A stretch of DNA of 64,000 nt. Source: Bryobacterales bacterium (GTDB lineage: Bacteria > Acidobacteriota > Terriglobia > Bryobacterales > UBA6623). A model generated the notes under the pieces. The model was not told the DNA's origin. It worked only from the letters and a program-made list of their open reading frames with translations, and did no database searches. Shown one piece after another: positions 9,899 to 19,490 of the stretch. Positions within the stretch are counted from its first letter, which is position 1; every line of letters begins with the position of its first letter. The translations under genes were made by a program, and so were the position numbers. The DNA lies in the NCBI GenBank assembly GCA_963422375.2, contig OY729428.2:1696001-1760000 (forward strand), given 5' to 3'.

Positions 9899-11188
9899 AT
9901 GATGCCGATGCCGAGCTCAGCCTCCGCGGGAATCGCGCTACTCCTCGCCCTAGCCGTGCCAGCCCTCGCTGTCGACAAACCGAATATCGTGTTGGTCATG
10001 GCCGACGACGTCGGCGACCAGGCGATCGGCTGCTACGGCGGGACGTCCTACTCGACTCCTCGCATCGATGCGCTTGCCGCCGGCGGGATGCGGTTCCGTC
10101 ACTGCTACTCGATGCCCGTATGCCATCCGACGCGCATCGCTCTCATGACCGGCCAGTATCCGTTCCGGGCGGGGCACCCGCCGTGGGGCACCTTCCCGAA
10201 GGGCCTTGAGGGGGCGACCATCGCCAGTCGCCTGCGCGATCTGGGTTACGCGACGGCCGTTGCTGGAAAGTGGCAGCTCACCCTCCTGCGGGACGATCCC
10301 CGCCATCCGGGGCGGCTTGGTTTTGATCGCTGGTCGCTCTTCGGCTGGCACGAGGGGCCGCGGTACTACCGGCCACTCATCTACGAGGACGGGACGGTCC
10401 GGTCGGACGTCATCGACCGTTACGGGCCGGATGTATACGTCGAATCTCTTGTCGAATTCATGCGCGAGAACACCGACAATCCGTTCTTCGCCTACTACCC
10501 GATGGCATTGGCGCATGACGTGACCGACGACGTCGGCACGCCGCCGCCGGTCGGGCCGCAGGGTCAATACGACAGCTACAAGCGCATGGTCGAGAACATG
10601 GACGAGTGCGTGGGCAGGCTGGTCGCCGCGCTGGAGGAGCTTGGGATCCGCGACCGGACATTGTTCCTGTTCACCGCCGACAACGGGACTCCCGGGTCGT
10701 ACTACTCCACCGCCCAAGGCAGCCGGATGTTCAAGCAGCCCATCGAGTTCACATGGAATGGAACCGCTTCCAAGGGAGGGAAGGGCGAACTCACCGATGC
10801 CGGCACGCGCGTGCCGCTGGTGGCCAGTTGGCCGGGCACGCTCCCCGCCGGTGCTGTCGTCGACGACCTAGTCGACTTTACGGACTGGCTGCCTACGCTA
10901 GTCGACCTTGCCGGCGGGGAGATGCCGGAAGGGCTGGACGGCGTGAGCCACGCCCGGCGGCTGCGCGGAGGTCCGGGCGGCGCGCGTCGCTGGGCGTTCG
11001 CCTCGCGGCGAGGCCAGAGCTGGGTGCGCACGCAGCGCTGGAAGCTCTACGACGACGGGAGGCTCTTCGACTTGGACGGTCGTCGCGACGAGGGGGCGGC
11101 GGTCGGCATCCGCGACCAGTCCAGCCCGGCTAGCGAAGCGCGGGCGGAGCTTTCTGCGGCCCTCCGCAGCCTTGCTTCCGCCGACTGA
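9899..11188 (+). CDS. Formylglycine-dependent sulfatase (arylsulfatase A-like), signal peptide
   Basis: KPNIVLVMADD, CHPTRIALMTG (CxPxR), GKWQL, FTADNG; start may be 9908. Confidence 0.93.
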   Translation: MMPMPSSASAGIALLLALAVPALAVDKPNIVLVMADDVGDQAIGCYGGTSYSTPRIDALAAGGMRFRHCYSMPVCHPTRIALMTGQYPFRAGHPPWGTFPKGLEGATIASRLRDLGYATAVAGKWQLTLLRDDPRHPGRLGFDRWSLFGWHEGPRYYRPLIYEDGTVRSDVIDRYGPDVYVESLVEFMRENTDNPFFAYYPMALAHDVTDDVGTPPPVGPQGQYDSYKRMVENMDECVGRLVAALEELGIRDRTLFLFTADNGTPGSYYSTAQGSRMFKQPIEFTWNGTASKGGKGELTDAGTRVPLVASWPGTLPAGAVVDDLVDFTDWLPTLVDLAGGEMPEGLDGVSHARRLRGGPGGARRWAFASRRGQSWVRTQRWKLYDDGRLFDLDGRRDEGAAVGIRDQSSPASEARAELSAALRSLASAD

Positions 11189-11200
11189 TCGGCTGCTGCC

Positions 11201-12103
11201 TTGCGGGCCGTCCTCTTCGGTGCGAGCGGACAGCTCGGCCGGGATCTCGCGAGAGAGTGTCGCGCTCGCGGCCACGCGCTGGCGGCCTTGCAGCGGTGCG
11301 ACTGCGACATCGGCGAAGAGCAGGCCGTCCGGCGCGAGATCGTCAAGCACCGGCCAGACTGGGTCATTAACGCCGCCGCTTTTAACTTGGTCGACCAAGC
11401 TGAGTCGGAACCAAGGGCGGCTCTGCGCGACAACGCCTTGGCGGTGCGCAGCCTCGCCCAGGCGTGCCGGGATGCCGGAGCAACGCTCCTGCAATTTTCG
11501 ACGGACTACGTGTTTGACGGCGGCAAGTCGATCCCCTATACCGAGCGGGATCTCCCGGGACCGCGGTCGGTCTACGGGGTGTCCAAGCTTGCAGGAGAGC
11601 TGTTCGCCCGTTCCTTGTGCCCGAAGCACTACGTCCTGAGGGTGGCCGGGATCTACGGCCCCTGGGGCCGGCACACTCGCCGGGGCAATTTTCCGGAATT
11701 CGTCCTGCGGCTGGCTGCGGAGGGTCGGACGCTCCAAATCGTCCGGGACCGCCTGGCGACCCCGACGTTTGGCACGGCCTTGGCCAAGCGCTCGCTGGAC
11801 GTGCTGGAACTGGGAATCCCGTTCGGTCTCTACCATCTCGCGGGAGGCGAGACGGTGTCTTGGTACGCATTCGCGCGTGAGGTCGTTAGGGCCGCGCGCT
11901 GCTCGGCAGAGATCGTGCCCGTCAGCTCGGCGGAGCATGCCGCGCAAGCCCTCCGCCCACGGTACTCGGCGCTGTCGAACGCTAGGATTCAAGCGGCCGG
12001 GATCGCCCGCATGCCCGCGATCGAAGACTGCCTGCGGGAGTACATGCTCCTTCGGCGCCGCGACCCGGCGGGCCGAGGGCGGGGCCGCCCGCAGTCGGCC
12101 TAG
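11201..12103 (+). CDS. rfbD: dTDP-4-dehydrorhamnose reductase
   Basis: GASGQLG, INAAAFNLVDQAE, STDYVFDG, YGVSKLAGE, RPRYSAL. Confidence 0.92.
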   Translation: MRAVLFGASGQLGRDLARECRARGHALAALQRCDCDIGEEQAVRREIVKHRPDWVINAAAFNLVDQAESEPRAALRDNALAVRSLAQACRDAGATLLQFSTDYVFDGGKSIPYTERDLPGPRSVYGVSKLAGELFARSLCPKHYVLRVAGIYGPWGRHTRRGNFPEFVLRLAAEGRTLQIVRDRLATPTFGTALAKRSLDVLELGIPFGLYHLAGGETVSWYAFAREVVRAARCSAEIVPVSSAEHAAQALRPRYSALSNARIQAAGIARMPAIEDCLREYMLLRRRDPAGRGRGRPQSA

Positions 12104-12137
12104 GGAATCCCTACTATTCCGATAGGAATTCGGTATA

Positions 12138-13259
12138 ATGAGCGTGTTGACTGCCATGGCAGAGCCCAAGCCGACAGTGCGCGGTGCGCATTCGTGTGCG
12201 CACGCCGCGACATTCCGCCAGTTGAGCGATTTCTTCCTCCTGTCGGAAGGCGGGTACGAGCCAGTCCGCGAGTTTCTCGGCGAGACGGACGTTCGCTCGG
12301 TCTGCGAGACGATGCATCTCGCCTCCGGAGAGCCTTGGAGCCTCCCGATCGTCTTCCCGATCGACACGGCCGCCAGACAGCGCCTGTTCTCCTCTGACGA
12401 GGTGCTGCTCACCGACGGGGGCGCCCCGGCCGGGTATTTGCGGATCAAGGACATCTTCCGAATCGACAAGGACCTGTACGCCCGGAGCGTATTCCGCACA
12501 TGCGACGAGGCTCATCCCGGTGTCGCTTGGCTGCGTGATGCGGGCGAGTTCTCCGTCGCCGGCAGCGTTGAGTCGCTCCCCGGCTGGACTCTCGACCTGC
12601 CCGGCGCGCTGGCGGTCTCCCCTCGAGAGATCGCGGCGCTGCTGGTGCGGAAGGGCTGGAATACCGCGGTCGGGTTCCAGACTCGCAACCCGATTCACCG
12701 GGCCCACGAGTTCTGCACCAAGATCGCCTTGGAGACGGTCGACGGGCTCGTCATCCATCCGCTGCTCGGCGAGACTAAGGCCGACGACACGCCGGTCGAG
12801 GTTCGGCTGGCCTGCTACGACGTACTGCTGCGCAACTACTATTCGCCAGAGCACACGCTGCTCGCCGGCTTTCCCGCATGGATGCGCTACGCCGGCCCGA
12901 GGGAGGCCGTCTTCCACGCCCAGGTGCGGCGCAACTACGGCATGACGCACTTCATCGTGGGTCGCGACCATGCCGGGGTCGGGGACTACTACGGGCCGTT
13001 CGACGCGCAGAATATCTTCGCGGATTTCCTGCCCGGCGAACTGGGCATCGAGCCGGTGTTCTTCGACTTTGTGCATTTCTGCCGGGCCTGCCGGGGCATG
13101 GCTTCGAAGAAGACCTGCCCTCACCCGCGCGAGCATCACGTCCATCTGGCGGGCAGGGAAGTGCGCAAGATGCTGCGCGAAGGCAGGATGCCGCCGGGCG
13201 AGTTCACGCGCCCCGAAGTGGCAGAGATCCTAATGGCCTCGGCCCGGAGGATGGCGTGA
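12138..13259 (+). CDS. sat: Sulfate adenylyltransferase (ATP sulfurylase)
   Basis: FQTRNPIHRAHE, MRYAGPREA, THFIVGRDHAGVG, FTRPEVA; true start may be 12147 or 12156. Confidence 0.95.
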   Translation: MSVLTAMAEPKPTVRGAHSCAHAATFRQLSDFFLLSEGGYEPVREFLGETDVRSVCETMHLASGEPWSLPIVFPIDTAARQRLFSSDEVLLTDGGAPAGYLRIKDIFRIDKDLYARSVFRTCDEAHPGVAWLRDAGEFSVAGSVESLPGWTLDLPGALAVSPREIAALLVRKGWNTAVGFQTRNPIHRAHEFCTKIALETVDGLVIHPLLGETKADDTPVEVRLACYDVLLRNYYSPEHTLLAGFPAWMRYAGPREAVFHAQVRRNYGMTHFIVGRDHAGVGDYYGPFDAQNIFADFLPGELGIEPVFFDFVHFCRACRGMASKKTCPHPREHHVHLAGREVRKMLREGRMPPGEFTRPEVAEILMASARRMA

Positions 13260-14041
13260 GCGAGCCCTGCCCGAAGTTCTCCTGGCCTTCCCCTCGCGCC
13301 ACCGCCGAGGAAATCCTTCGCTGGGCCATTGACGAATTCGGGCACCGCCTCGCGATTTGCACGAGCTTCCAGGCATCCGGCTCGGTCATCATCGATATGG
13401 TCGCGAAGATTGCCGGGTCGGACGTCAGCGTGTTTAGTGTCGACACGGGGCGGCTGCACGAGGAGACCTACGCGCTGATCTCGGAATTCCGAGGGCGCTA
13501 CGGTATCACCGTCCAGCTGGTCGCTCCCGACGCCGAGGAGCTGGGAGCGATGCAGACAATGCACGGTCCGAATCTGTTCTACGAGCATTCGGCCAAGCGC
13601 AAGCTGTGCTGCGAAATCCGCAAGGTGCGGCCGCTGAAGCGACGGCTGGCCACGCTCGACGCTTGGGTGACCGGCCTGCGGCGCGACCAAGACCCGGGGC
13701 GCGCCGGGATCGAGAGGCTCGCTGTAGACGAAGAGCACGGCGGAATCCTGAAGCTCGCGCCGCTGGCAGACTGGACTCGGGAGCAGGTGTTCGAGTACGC
13801 GGAGAGGCACGCGGTGCCCTTGCATCCCCTCTACGCTAAAGGGTTCGCCAGCATCGGCTGCCAGCCCTGCACGCGGGAGTCGAATCCCGGTGAGAACGGC
13901 CGGGCGGCCCGCTGGTGGTGGGAGCAGGGTGTCGACAAGGAATGCGGCATGCACGTCGCGCCCGGCGGCAGAGTGCGCCGCGAATTCGAGTTGCTACTAG
14001 ACGGCGTGTTGCCCGCGCGCCGTCCGTATCTGGTGAGATAG
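13256..14041 (+). CDS. cysH: APS/PAPS reductase, Fe-S (CC..CxxC) type
   Basis: VDTGRLHEETY, CCEIRKVRPL, WVTGLRRDQ, SIGCQPCT, KECGMH; GTG overlaps the sat stop. Confidence 0.92.
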   Translation: MSEPCPKFSWPSPRATAEEILRWAIDEFGHRLAICTSFQASGSVIIDMVAKIAGSDVSVFSVDTGRLHEETYALISEFRGRYGITVQLVAPDAEELGAMQTMHGPNLFYEHSAKRKLCCEIRKVRPLKRRLATLDAWVTGLRRDQDPGRAGIERLAVDEEHGGILKLAPLADWTREQVFEYAERHAVPLHPLYAKGFASIGCQPCTRESNPGENGRAARWWWEQGVDKECGMHVAPGGRVRREFELLLDGVLPARRPYLVR

Positions 14042-14098
14042 GCCGCTGTTGCAGTCCGCGGGCGAGCGCGGGGGGCCGCCCCGCGCGATTGGATCCGA

Positions 14099-14632
14099 AT
14101 GAAGCATCAAGGAATCACAATCTGGCTGACCGGACTCTCCGGATCCGGCAAGTCCACCGTGGCGAACCTCCTCGCGAAGCGGCTGCGCGCTGCGGGCGCG
14201 CGGGTCGAGATCCTTGACGGCGACGTCATCCGAACGAACCTTTCGAGGGGCCTCGGCTTCAGCAAGGCGGACCGTGACGCGAACATCCGTCGCATCGGCT
14301 TCGTCTGCGGCCTGCTGTCGAGGAACGGCATCATTGTGATCGCTGCGGCCATCTCCCCGTACCTCATGGTACGCAACGAGGTGCGCGCCAAGACGACGAA
14401 CTTTGTCGAAGTCTTCGCGGATTGCGCGTTCGAGAAGCTAGTCGAGAGGGACGTGAAAGGGCTATACAAGAGAGCGCTGGCGGGCGAGATCAAGAATTTC
14501 ACCGGCGTGTCCGATCCGTACGAGCCTCCGGATGCTCCGGAAGTGCGCATCGATTCTGGGGTGCAAACGCCCGACGAGTCGACGGCCGCTGTGTGGGACT
14601 ATCTTGTACGGGTTGGCCTGCTCGGGCCGTGA
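14099..14632 (+). CDS. cysC: Adenylyl-sulfate kinase
   Basis: WLTGLSGSGKST, LDGDVIR, GLGFSKADR, ISPY, KGLYKRA, FTGVSDPYE. Confidence 0.96.
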   Translation: MKHQGITIWLTGLSGSGKSTVANLLAKRLRAAGARVEILDGDVIRTNLSRGLGFSKADRDANIRRIGFVCGLLSRNGIIVIAAAISPYLMVRNEVRAKTTNFVEVFADCAFEKLVERDVKGLYKRALAGEIKNFTGVSDPYEPPDAPEVRIDSGVQTPDESTAAVWDYLVRVGLLGP

Positions 14633-14874
14633 CCGTCACCGGCGCCTGGTACGTGTTGTGGCCCCGTCCGTCCCACCGGCGCCCGAAGCATCCGACTGCT
14701 GCGAAGGGCCGCCGAGCATAACCTCGATCGCAGTGGGCACTAACGCTCCGTTCATCGGCCCGCTAGCGCACGTCAGGGGCGAAATCCGCTGGGAAGCGGG
14801 CGCGAGGCGACGTCCGCCAGCACGCCGGATGCGGCTTGGCATTCGTTTGGGAATTATATATCTGAGTGCCGAGG

Positions 14875-16418
14875 GAGCCTTTTGCAAAATTCAGAAAAGA
14901 GGGCTGACCGCCCCATGAACGACTAGTTTCCGGGCTGTTATTCTCGCCGAAAAAGACCCCCTTCAGCTGGGCTTGCTCGGCTTCGGGGCGCTCCTGCGAG
15001 GAGCGGCCCCGTGCAGGCGCAGCTCTCCCGGCCCGGCCCTGCGGGCGGGCGCTCTGCCCGGCTGTCCCGGCGGCCCGGGCTCTCGGAGCGCCAGACGCGG
15101 GAGCTGCTCCACCGTCAGCGCGAGCACGCCGAACAGGAGGTGGCACAGCACCTTGCCGCGGCCGCGGACGCGCACGTGGCGCCCGCCGCAATCGTCCTTC
15201 AGGCGGCCGTTGACACGCTCCACCGTCGAGCGCTCGCGGTAGCGCAGCTTGGCGGGATCCGCCCGCCCGGCGCTGCGCAGCGCCTTGGCCTCCCGTTCCA
15301 GATCCGCCTGCAGCTCCGTCCGGCCGCGCGGGTTGACATCGATGAGCGGCACGTGCCCGAGCCGCTTGCTGAAGGCCCGGATCCCGGCCGCGTCGTACGC
15401 GCTGTCCATCCGGTCGTACAGGTTGTCGACGCGGCCCGCGGTCCGTGTCGCCAGCGGGATCGCGGCCTGGCTGTCGTGCAGCGAAGCCGCGGTGAGCAGG
15501 CAGCTGACCGGGATCCCGCCGTCGATCGCGTCGATAGGCAGCTTGTAGCCGCGCCAGCTGACGGTACGGCCCTTGGCGTTGCGCTTGGTGCCGGTATCGC
15601 AGCCCTGCGGCAGGTCGTGCAGCATTGCTTCGAGATTCATGTCGGGCTGCCGCGCCAGTCGGCGCGGAGCGGGCGGCCGCTGCTCGCCCTTGCGAGGGCG
15701 CCCGCGCTTGCGTTTCGGCTGGGGTTCCGGCGCGGGCTTCCCGGCGGGCCGCTCGCGGCCCTCGCTGGCGGTCGAGTCGCGGGAGACGCGCCCTGCCAAG
15801 CGGCCGTCGAGCGTCCGCGCGAGCAGCGCCTCGTGCAAGCGTCCGGGCAGTTCGCCGGCGGCGAACTCGGCGAAGGCGCGCGAGAAGGCTGCCTCGCCGG
15901 GCACGGCCCCGGCCAGGTCCCGGCCGCACAGTCGGCGCAGGGTGCGATCGGTCCGCAGGCGCTCGACCGGCGAGCGCGTAGTGGGCTGGTCGAAGACGGC
16001 CTTGGCGATGCAGGCGCGCGCCATGGCGGCGCGGCTTTCGAGGGGGCGGCCGCGGCCGCCCTGCCCGACGGGCAGGCAGTCCTCGACCTGCGCCAGTTCC
16101 ACCGCTTGAACGAAGCTGCGGTAGCGCTCGCCGAGGGGGCCGAGTTCCTGCTGGAGCCAGGGGAACAGCTCCTGCTGGAACGTGAACCAGTACGCGGATA
16201 CGGTTTCTATCAAGGACATATTCGTTGAATCCTGCCAGCTGTTTACTAGGATTGCATTACAATAATAGCACGGAGATCAAGGGATTTCCAGGAAACTAAA
16301 AACGCAGACAAGCCATTAAAACTACATTTACTACAGTTCTATTTCATTTATTATATCGAATACTTAATAGACTAACTAAATGATAATGCTATTAGCGCGG
16401 GATTTTTGTAAAAGGCTC
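14875..16418 (-). mobile_element. IS5/IS1182-like insertion sequence, full length
   Basis: TIRs GAGCCTTTTGCAAAA (14875) and TTTTGTAAAAGGCTC (to 16418). Confidence 0.88.
14963..16219 (-). CDS. DDE transposase (IS5/IS1182-like), probably degenerate
   Basis: SRDST, WRGYKL, SLHDSQAAIPL, MDSAYDA, RSTVERVNGRLKD. Confidence 0.88.
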   Translation of the reverse strand: MSLIETVSAYWFTFQQELFPWLQQELGPLGERYRSFVQAVELAQVEDCLPVGQGGRGRPLESRAAMARACIAKAVFDQPTTRSPVERLRTDRTLRRLCGRDLAGAVPGEAAFSRAFAEFAAGELPGRLHEALLARTLDGRLAGRVSRDSTASEGRERPAGKPAPEPQPKRKRGRPRKGEQRPPAPRRLARQPDMNLEAMLHDLPQGCDTGTKRNAKGRTVSWRGYKLPIDAIDGGIPVSCLLTAASLHDSQAAIPLATRTAGRVDNLYDRMDSAYDAAGIRAFSKRLGHVPLIDVNPRGRTELQADLEREAKALRSAGRADPAKLRYRERSTVERVNGRLKDDCGGRHVRVRGRGKVLCHLLFGVLALTVEQLPRLALREPGPPGQPGRAPARRAGPGELRLHGAAPRRSAPKPSKPS

Positions 16419-16486
16419 AAATTATCAAGCCATAATAAGATTTCATATTTCTTCCGACTTTCCGTTGAAATTCTGTGGTGTTTCTG

Positions 16487-18304
16487 TGCTTTTCGGAGCG
16501 GCCTGGCCTGACGCCTTCCGTGGGCGTGAGCCAGTTATTCTCGGGGGGCGAGCGCGTTGCCAACACCGGGGCGTCGGACATTTATTCCTACAAGGGGAGC
16601 TACACAAAGATCGTCGGCAACCACCAGATCAAGATCGGCGGCGAATGCAGCACGAACCGCCACTTCGGTGTGACCAATGATCACAACATCGCGTTCGTTC
16701 CGGCGAACACCGCCAATCCGCAAACCGCCACCGGAGACAGCGCTCTAGCGTCATGGCTGCTCAACGTGCCCAACAACGCCGGGCGCAGGGAATTCTTCAA
16801 GCGGCTGCACCGGGGGGCGATCGGCGGATTCTACCTGCAGGACAACTGGAAGGTCACGCCCAAGCTGGCGGTCAACCTCGGCTTGCGTTACAACCGGACG
16901 TGGAGCCCCATCGTCGGATCGTACGAGGACAAGGGTATCTTCGCGGGCACGCCGGACATTGAACGCGTCCACGGCGGACTGCAGGTCGTCCAGGCGCAGC
17001 CCGGCCTTGCAGCAGTTTGGGTTCGGCGCCCTGCATTCCGACGCCAGGCGGAAGCCTGCCGGACGAGATCCGCGTGTCCCCGAACCAGCAGCTCATCAAC
17101 GACTGGACCGACAACTGGAAGGCCCGCGTCGGAATCGCCTGCCGCCTGAGCGAGCGCATCTCGCTGCGAGCGTCCGGGGCCCCTTCTACGACAGCTGGGC
17201 CGGGATGAACCGGATGATGCAGGCCCAGGGCCACACATGGCCGGATGTCGGCAGCAGCAGTCAGGGAACCTCAACACCCCCACCAGCGGCAAGCCCATTC
17301 CGGGCGTCTCCGGCAAGAATCCGTTCCCGGCGGGCCTCCTGCCAGGGCCCACGCCATTCAACCGCGTCGCCGGGCACGCCGACCCGAGCGTCAAGACCCA
17401 GTACTCGATGCAGTGGAACTTCGGGCTGCAGCACCAGCTGGCCGGCGACACCCTCGTCACGGCGAAGTACGTCGGCTCGGCCAACCGCCGGGCGCCGCTG
17501 GACCACTTCTACATCACAGCGATGACTCCCGGCCCGGGCGACCCTGCCGAGCGGAGTCCATATCCGTTCATCGTCCCGACGTTCTGCCAGCGCAGCATCG
17601 GGCGAGCCAACTACAACGCGTTCCAGTTCCAGCTGACCAAGCGCGCCCGCAAATTCACCCACATGGTGAACTACACCTGGTCCAAGACGATCAATCTCGC
17701 CTGCGACGGCTGGTACAACGTGGAAGGGTGCTCGACTCAGACGCCCTACGATCATGTGCGCGACAAGGGTGTGGCCGGACAGGACCTGACCCACATCTTC
17801 AACTTCAATTGGGTCTACCGCATCCCGGTCGGCCCGGGCATGAAGTCGACCGGAAGCACGGTTCTCGACCACCTTGTCGGAACCTGGCAGCTGAATGGAA
17901 CCGCGAATCTCTATTCCGGCCGCCCGTACCACATCAACGTCAGTGGTGACATCGCGAACACCCGCAACCGCAACGGGTACATGCGGGCCGACCAGGTCGG
18001 TGATCCGCGTCTGAACAGCCCCACGCCGGCAAGATGGTTCAACACGGACGCGTTCAGAGCGCCGGCTCCGTTCACCTTCTGCAACTCGGGTCGGCACGCC
18101 TTGCGCTCCGACGGCGTGACGAATTTCGACCTGCCGGGGCGGGAGGGGATGCGGCTGCAGTTCCGCGCGGAGGCCTTCAACGCGTTCAATCACGCCGACT
18201 TCGCCATACCCGTGCAGAATCTGAGCCCCAGCAACTTCGGAGTCGTCACGGCCACGCAGAGACAGGCGCGCCAGTTCCAACTGGGACGGAAGCTGGTCTT
18301 CTAG
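16487..18304 (+). pseudogene. 5'-truncated, frameshifted TonB-dependent receptor (Acidobacteria type)
   Basis: FYLQDNWKVTPKLAVNLGLRY, YSMQWNFGLQHQL, NYTWSKT, LQFRAEAFNAFNHADF, RQFQLG spread over 3 frames; 5' end replaced by IS DNA. Confidence 0.85.
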
Positions 18305-18352
18305 CCAGGCCTGCGGGCCGTCCGACGCGGGGCGGCCCGCGGGTCCCCGCCG

Positions 18353-19393
18353 CTACGCGCCGGGCACTCCTTCCGGGAGCAGGTAGTACCCAGCGGCAAT
18401 GTAGACGCAGTACGCGGCAAGGAGAATGTATCCGAAACCCCGGCGCAGTACGTCCCGTGACAGGATCACGCCCGTCCGGAATACGATCAGGATGAATAGC
18501 ATTGCAGGGAAGAGGACCGAGAAGAAGTTGCCTCCGGCGTGAAGGCCGCCGGGAGTCACCGCCGCCGCCGCTCCGGCCACGAACAGCACGTTCAGGATGT
18601 CGGCGCCGATGACGTTTCCGACGGCGAGTTCGCCCTGGCCGCGCCGGGCCGCCGTGACGGCGGTGACCAGTTCCGGCAGCGATGTGCCGAAGGCGACCAA
18701 CGTGGCGGCGATGACGCTGTCCGGCACGGACATTCGCCTGGCGGCCTCTGTCACGCCTGGGATCACCACGTGCGCCGAGAGGACCACGAGCGCGACTGCC
18801 GCGGCCAGCTTCAGCAGCGCGATCCAAGCTGACGCCGCCCCGTAGCTTTCGGCTGTCCCGGTCGAGTGGCGCTGCTGGCCGGCCCAGCGGACCGACAGGT
18901 ACAGGTACGCGGCAAGCAGTGCCAGCAGCAGGAATCCGCTCGCCTGGGCCAGTGTCCCGCCCGCCAGCAACGTCTGGTCCAGGCGCGTCCACGGCACGCA
19001 CAGCACGACGAGCAGAACGCCCACGCCGATCTGGATCCAGCCCTGCCTGTTGACGATCCGGGGATCGAGCTTCAGCGGAGCGATCAGGCAGGCGAGCCCT
19101 AGGATCAGCCCGGTGTCGGCGATCACCGACCCGACGGCGTTCCCCAGTGCCAGGCCCGGAGCGCCTTCGATCGCTGCCAGGACCGATACGGCCGCCTCCG
19201 GAGTGGTCGTGCCTAAGCTGACGATCGTCGCGCCCACCACCATGGGCGGGATGCGCAGGTTCTCGGATAGATCGACCGCTTGGTCCACGAGCATGTCCGC
19301 GGACTTGCCGAGGACGAGCAGCGACACCGCAACGCTGGCGAGAAGCAGCGACCAATGGATCTGCGAGAAGAAATGCGCAATTGCATCTTCCAT
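18353..19393 (-). CDS. Calcium/sodium antiporter (CaCA, YrbG-like)
   Basis: Two alpha repeats GATIVSLGTTTPE..GNAVGS and ATLVAFGTSLPE..GNVIGADILN; multiple TM helices. Confidence 0.9.
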   Translation of the reverse strand: MEDAIAHFFSQIHWSLLLASVAVSLLVLGKSADMLVDQAVDLSENLRIPPMVVGATIVSLGTTTPEAAVSVLAAIEGAPGLALGNAVGSVIADTGLILGLACLIAPLKLDPRIVNRQGWIQIGVGVLLVVLCVPWTRLDQTLLAGGTLAQASGFLLLALLAAYLYLSVRWAGQQRHSTGTAESYGAASAWIALLKLAAAVALVVLSAHVVIPGVTEAARRMSVPDSVIAATLVAFGTSLPELVTAVTAARRGQGELAVGNVIGADILNVLFVAGAAAAVTPGGLHAGGNFFSVLFPAMLFILIVFRTGVILSRDVLRRGFGYILLAAYCVYIAAGYYLLPEGVPGA

Positions 19394-19490
19394 TGCGAAT
19401 TACGAGTCTATCCGAGTTCAGACCGGCTCGGGACGCGGCTGTTCCGAGCGTGGAAGCGCATTACAATTACGGACGGGGCTGGGCAAGCGC

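Larger units (their letters stand above)
14849..16486 (+). mobile_element. IS1595 left-end fragment split by an IS5/IS1182-like element
   Basis: 14849-14874 equals 455-480; 16419-16486 matches 494-560; no transposase follows. Confidence 0.85.
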
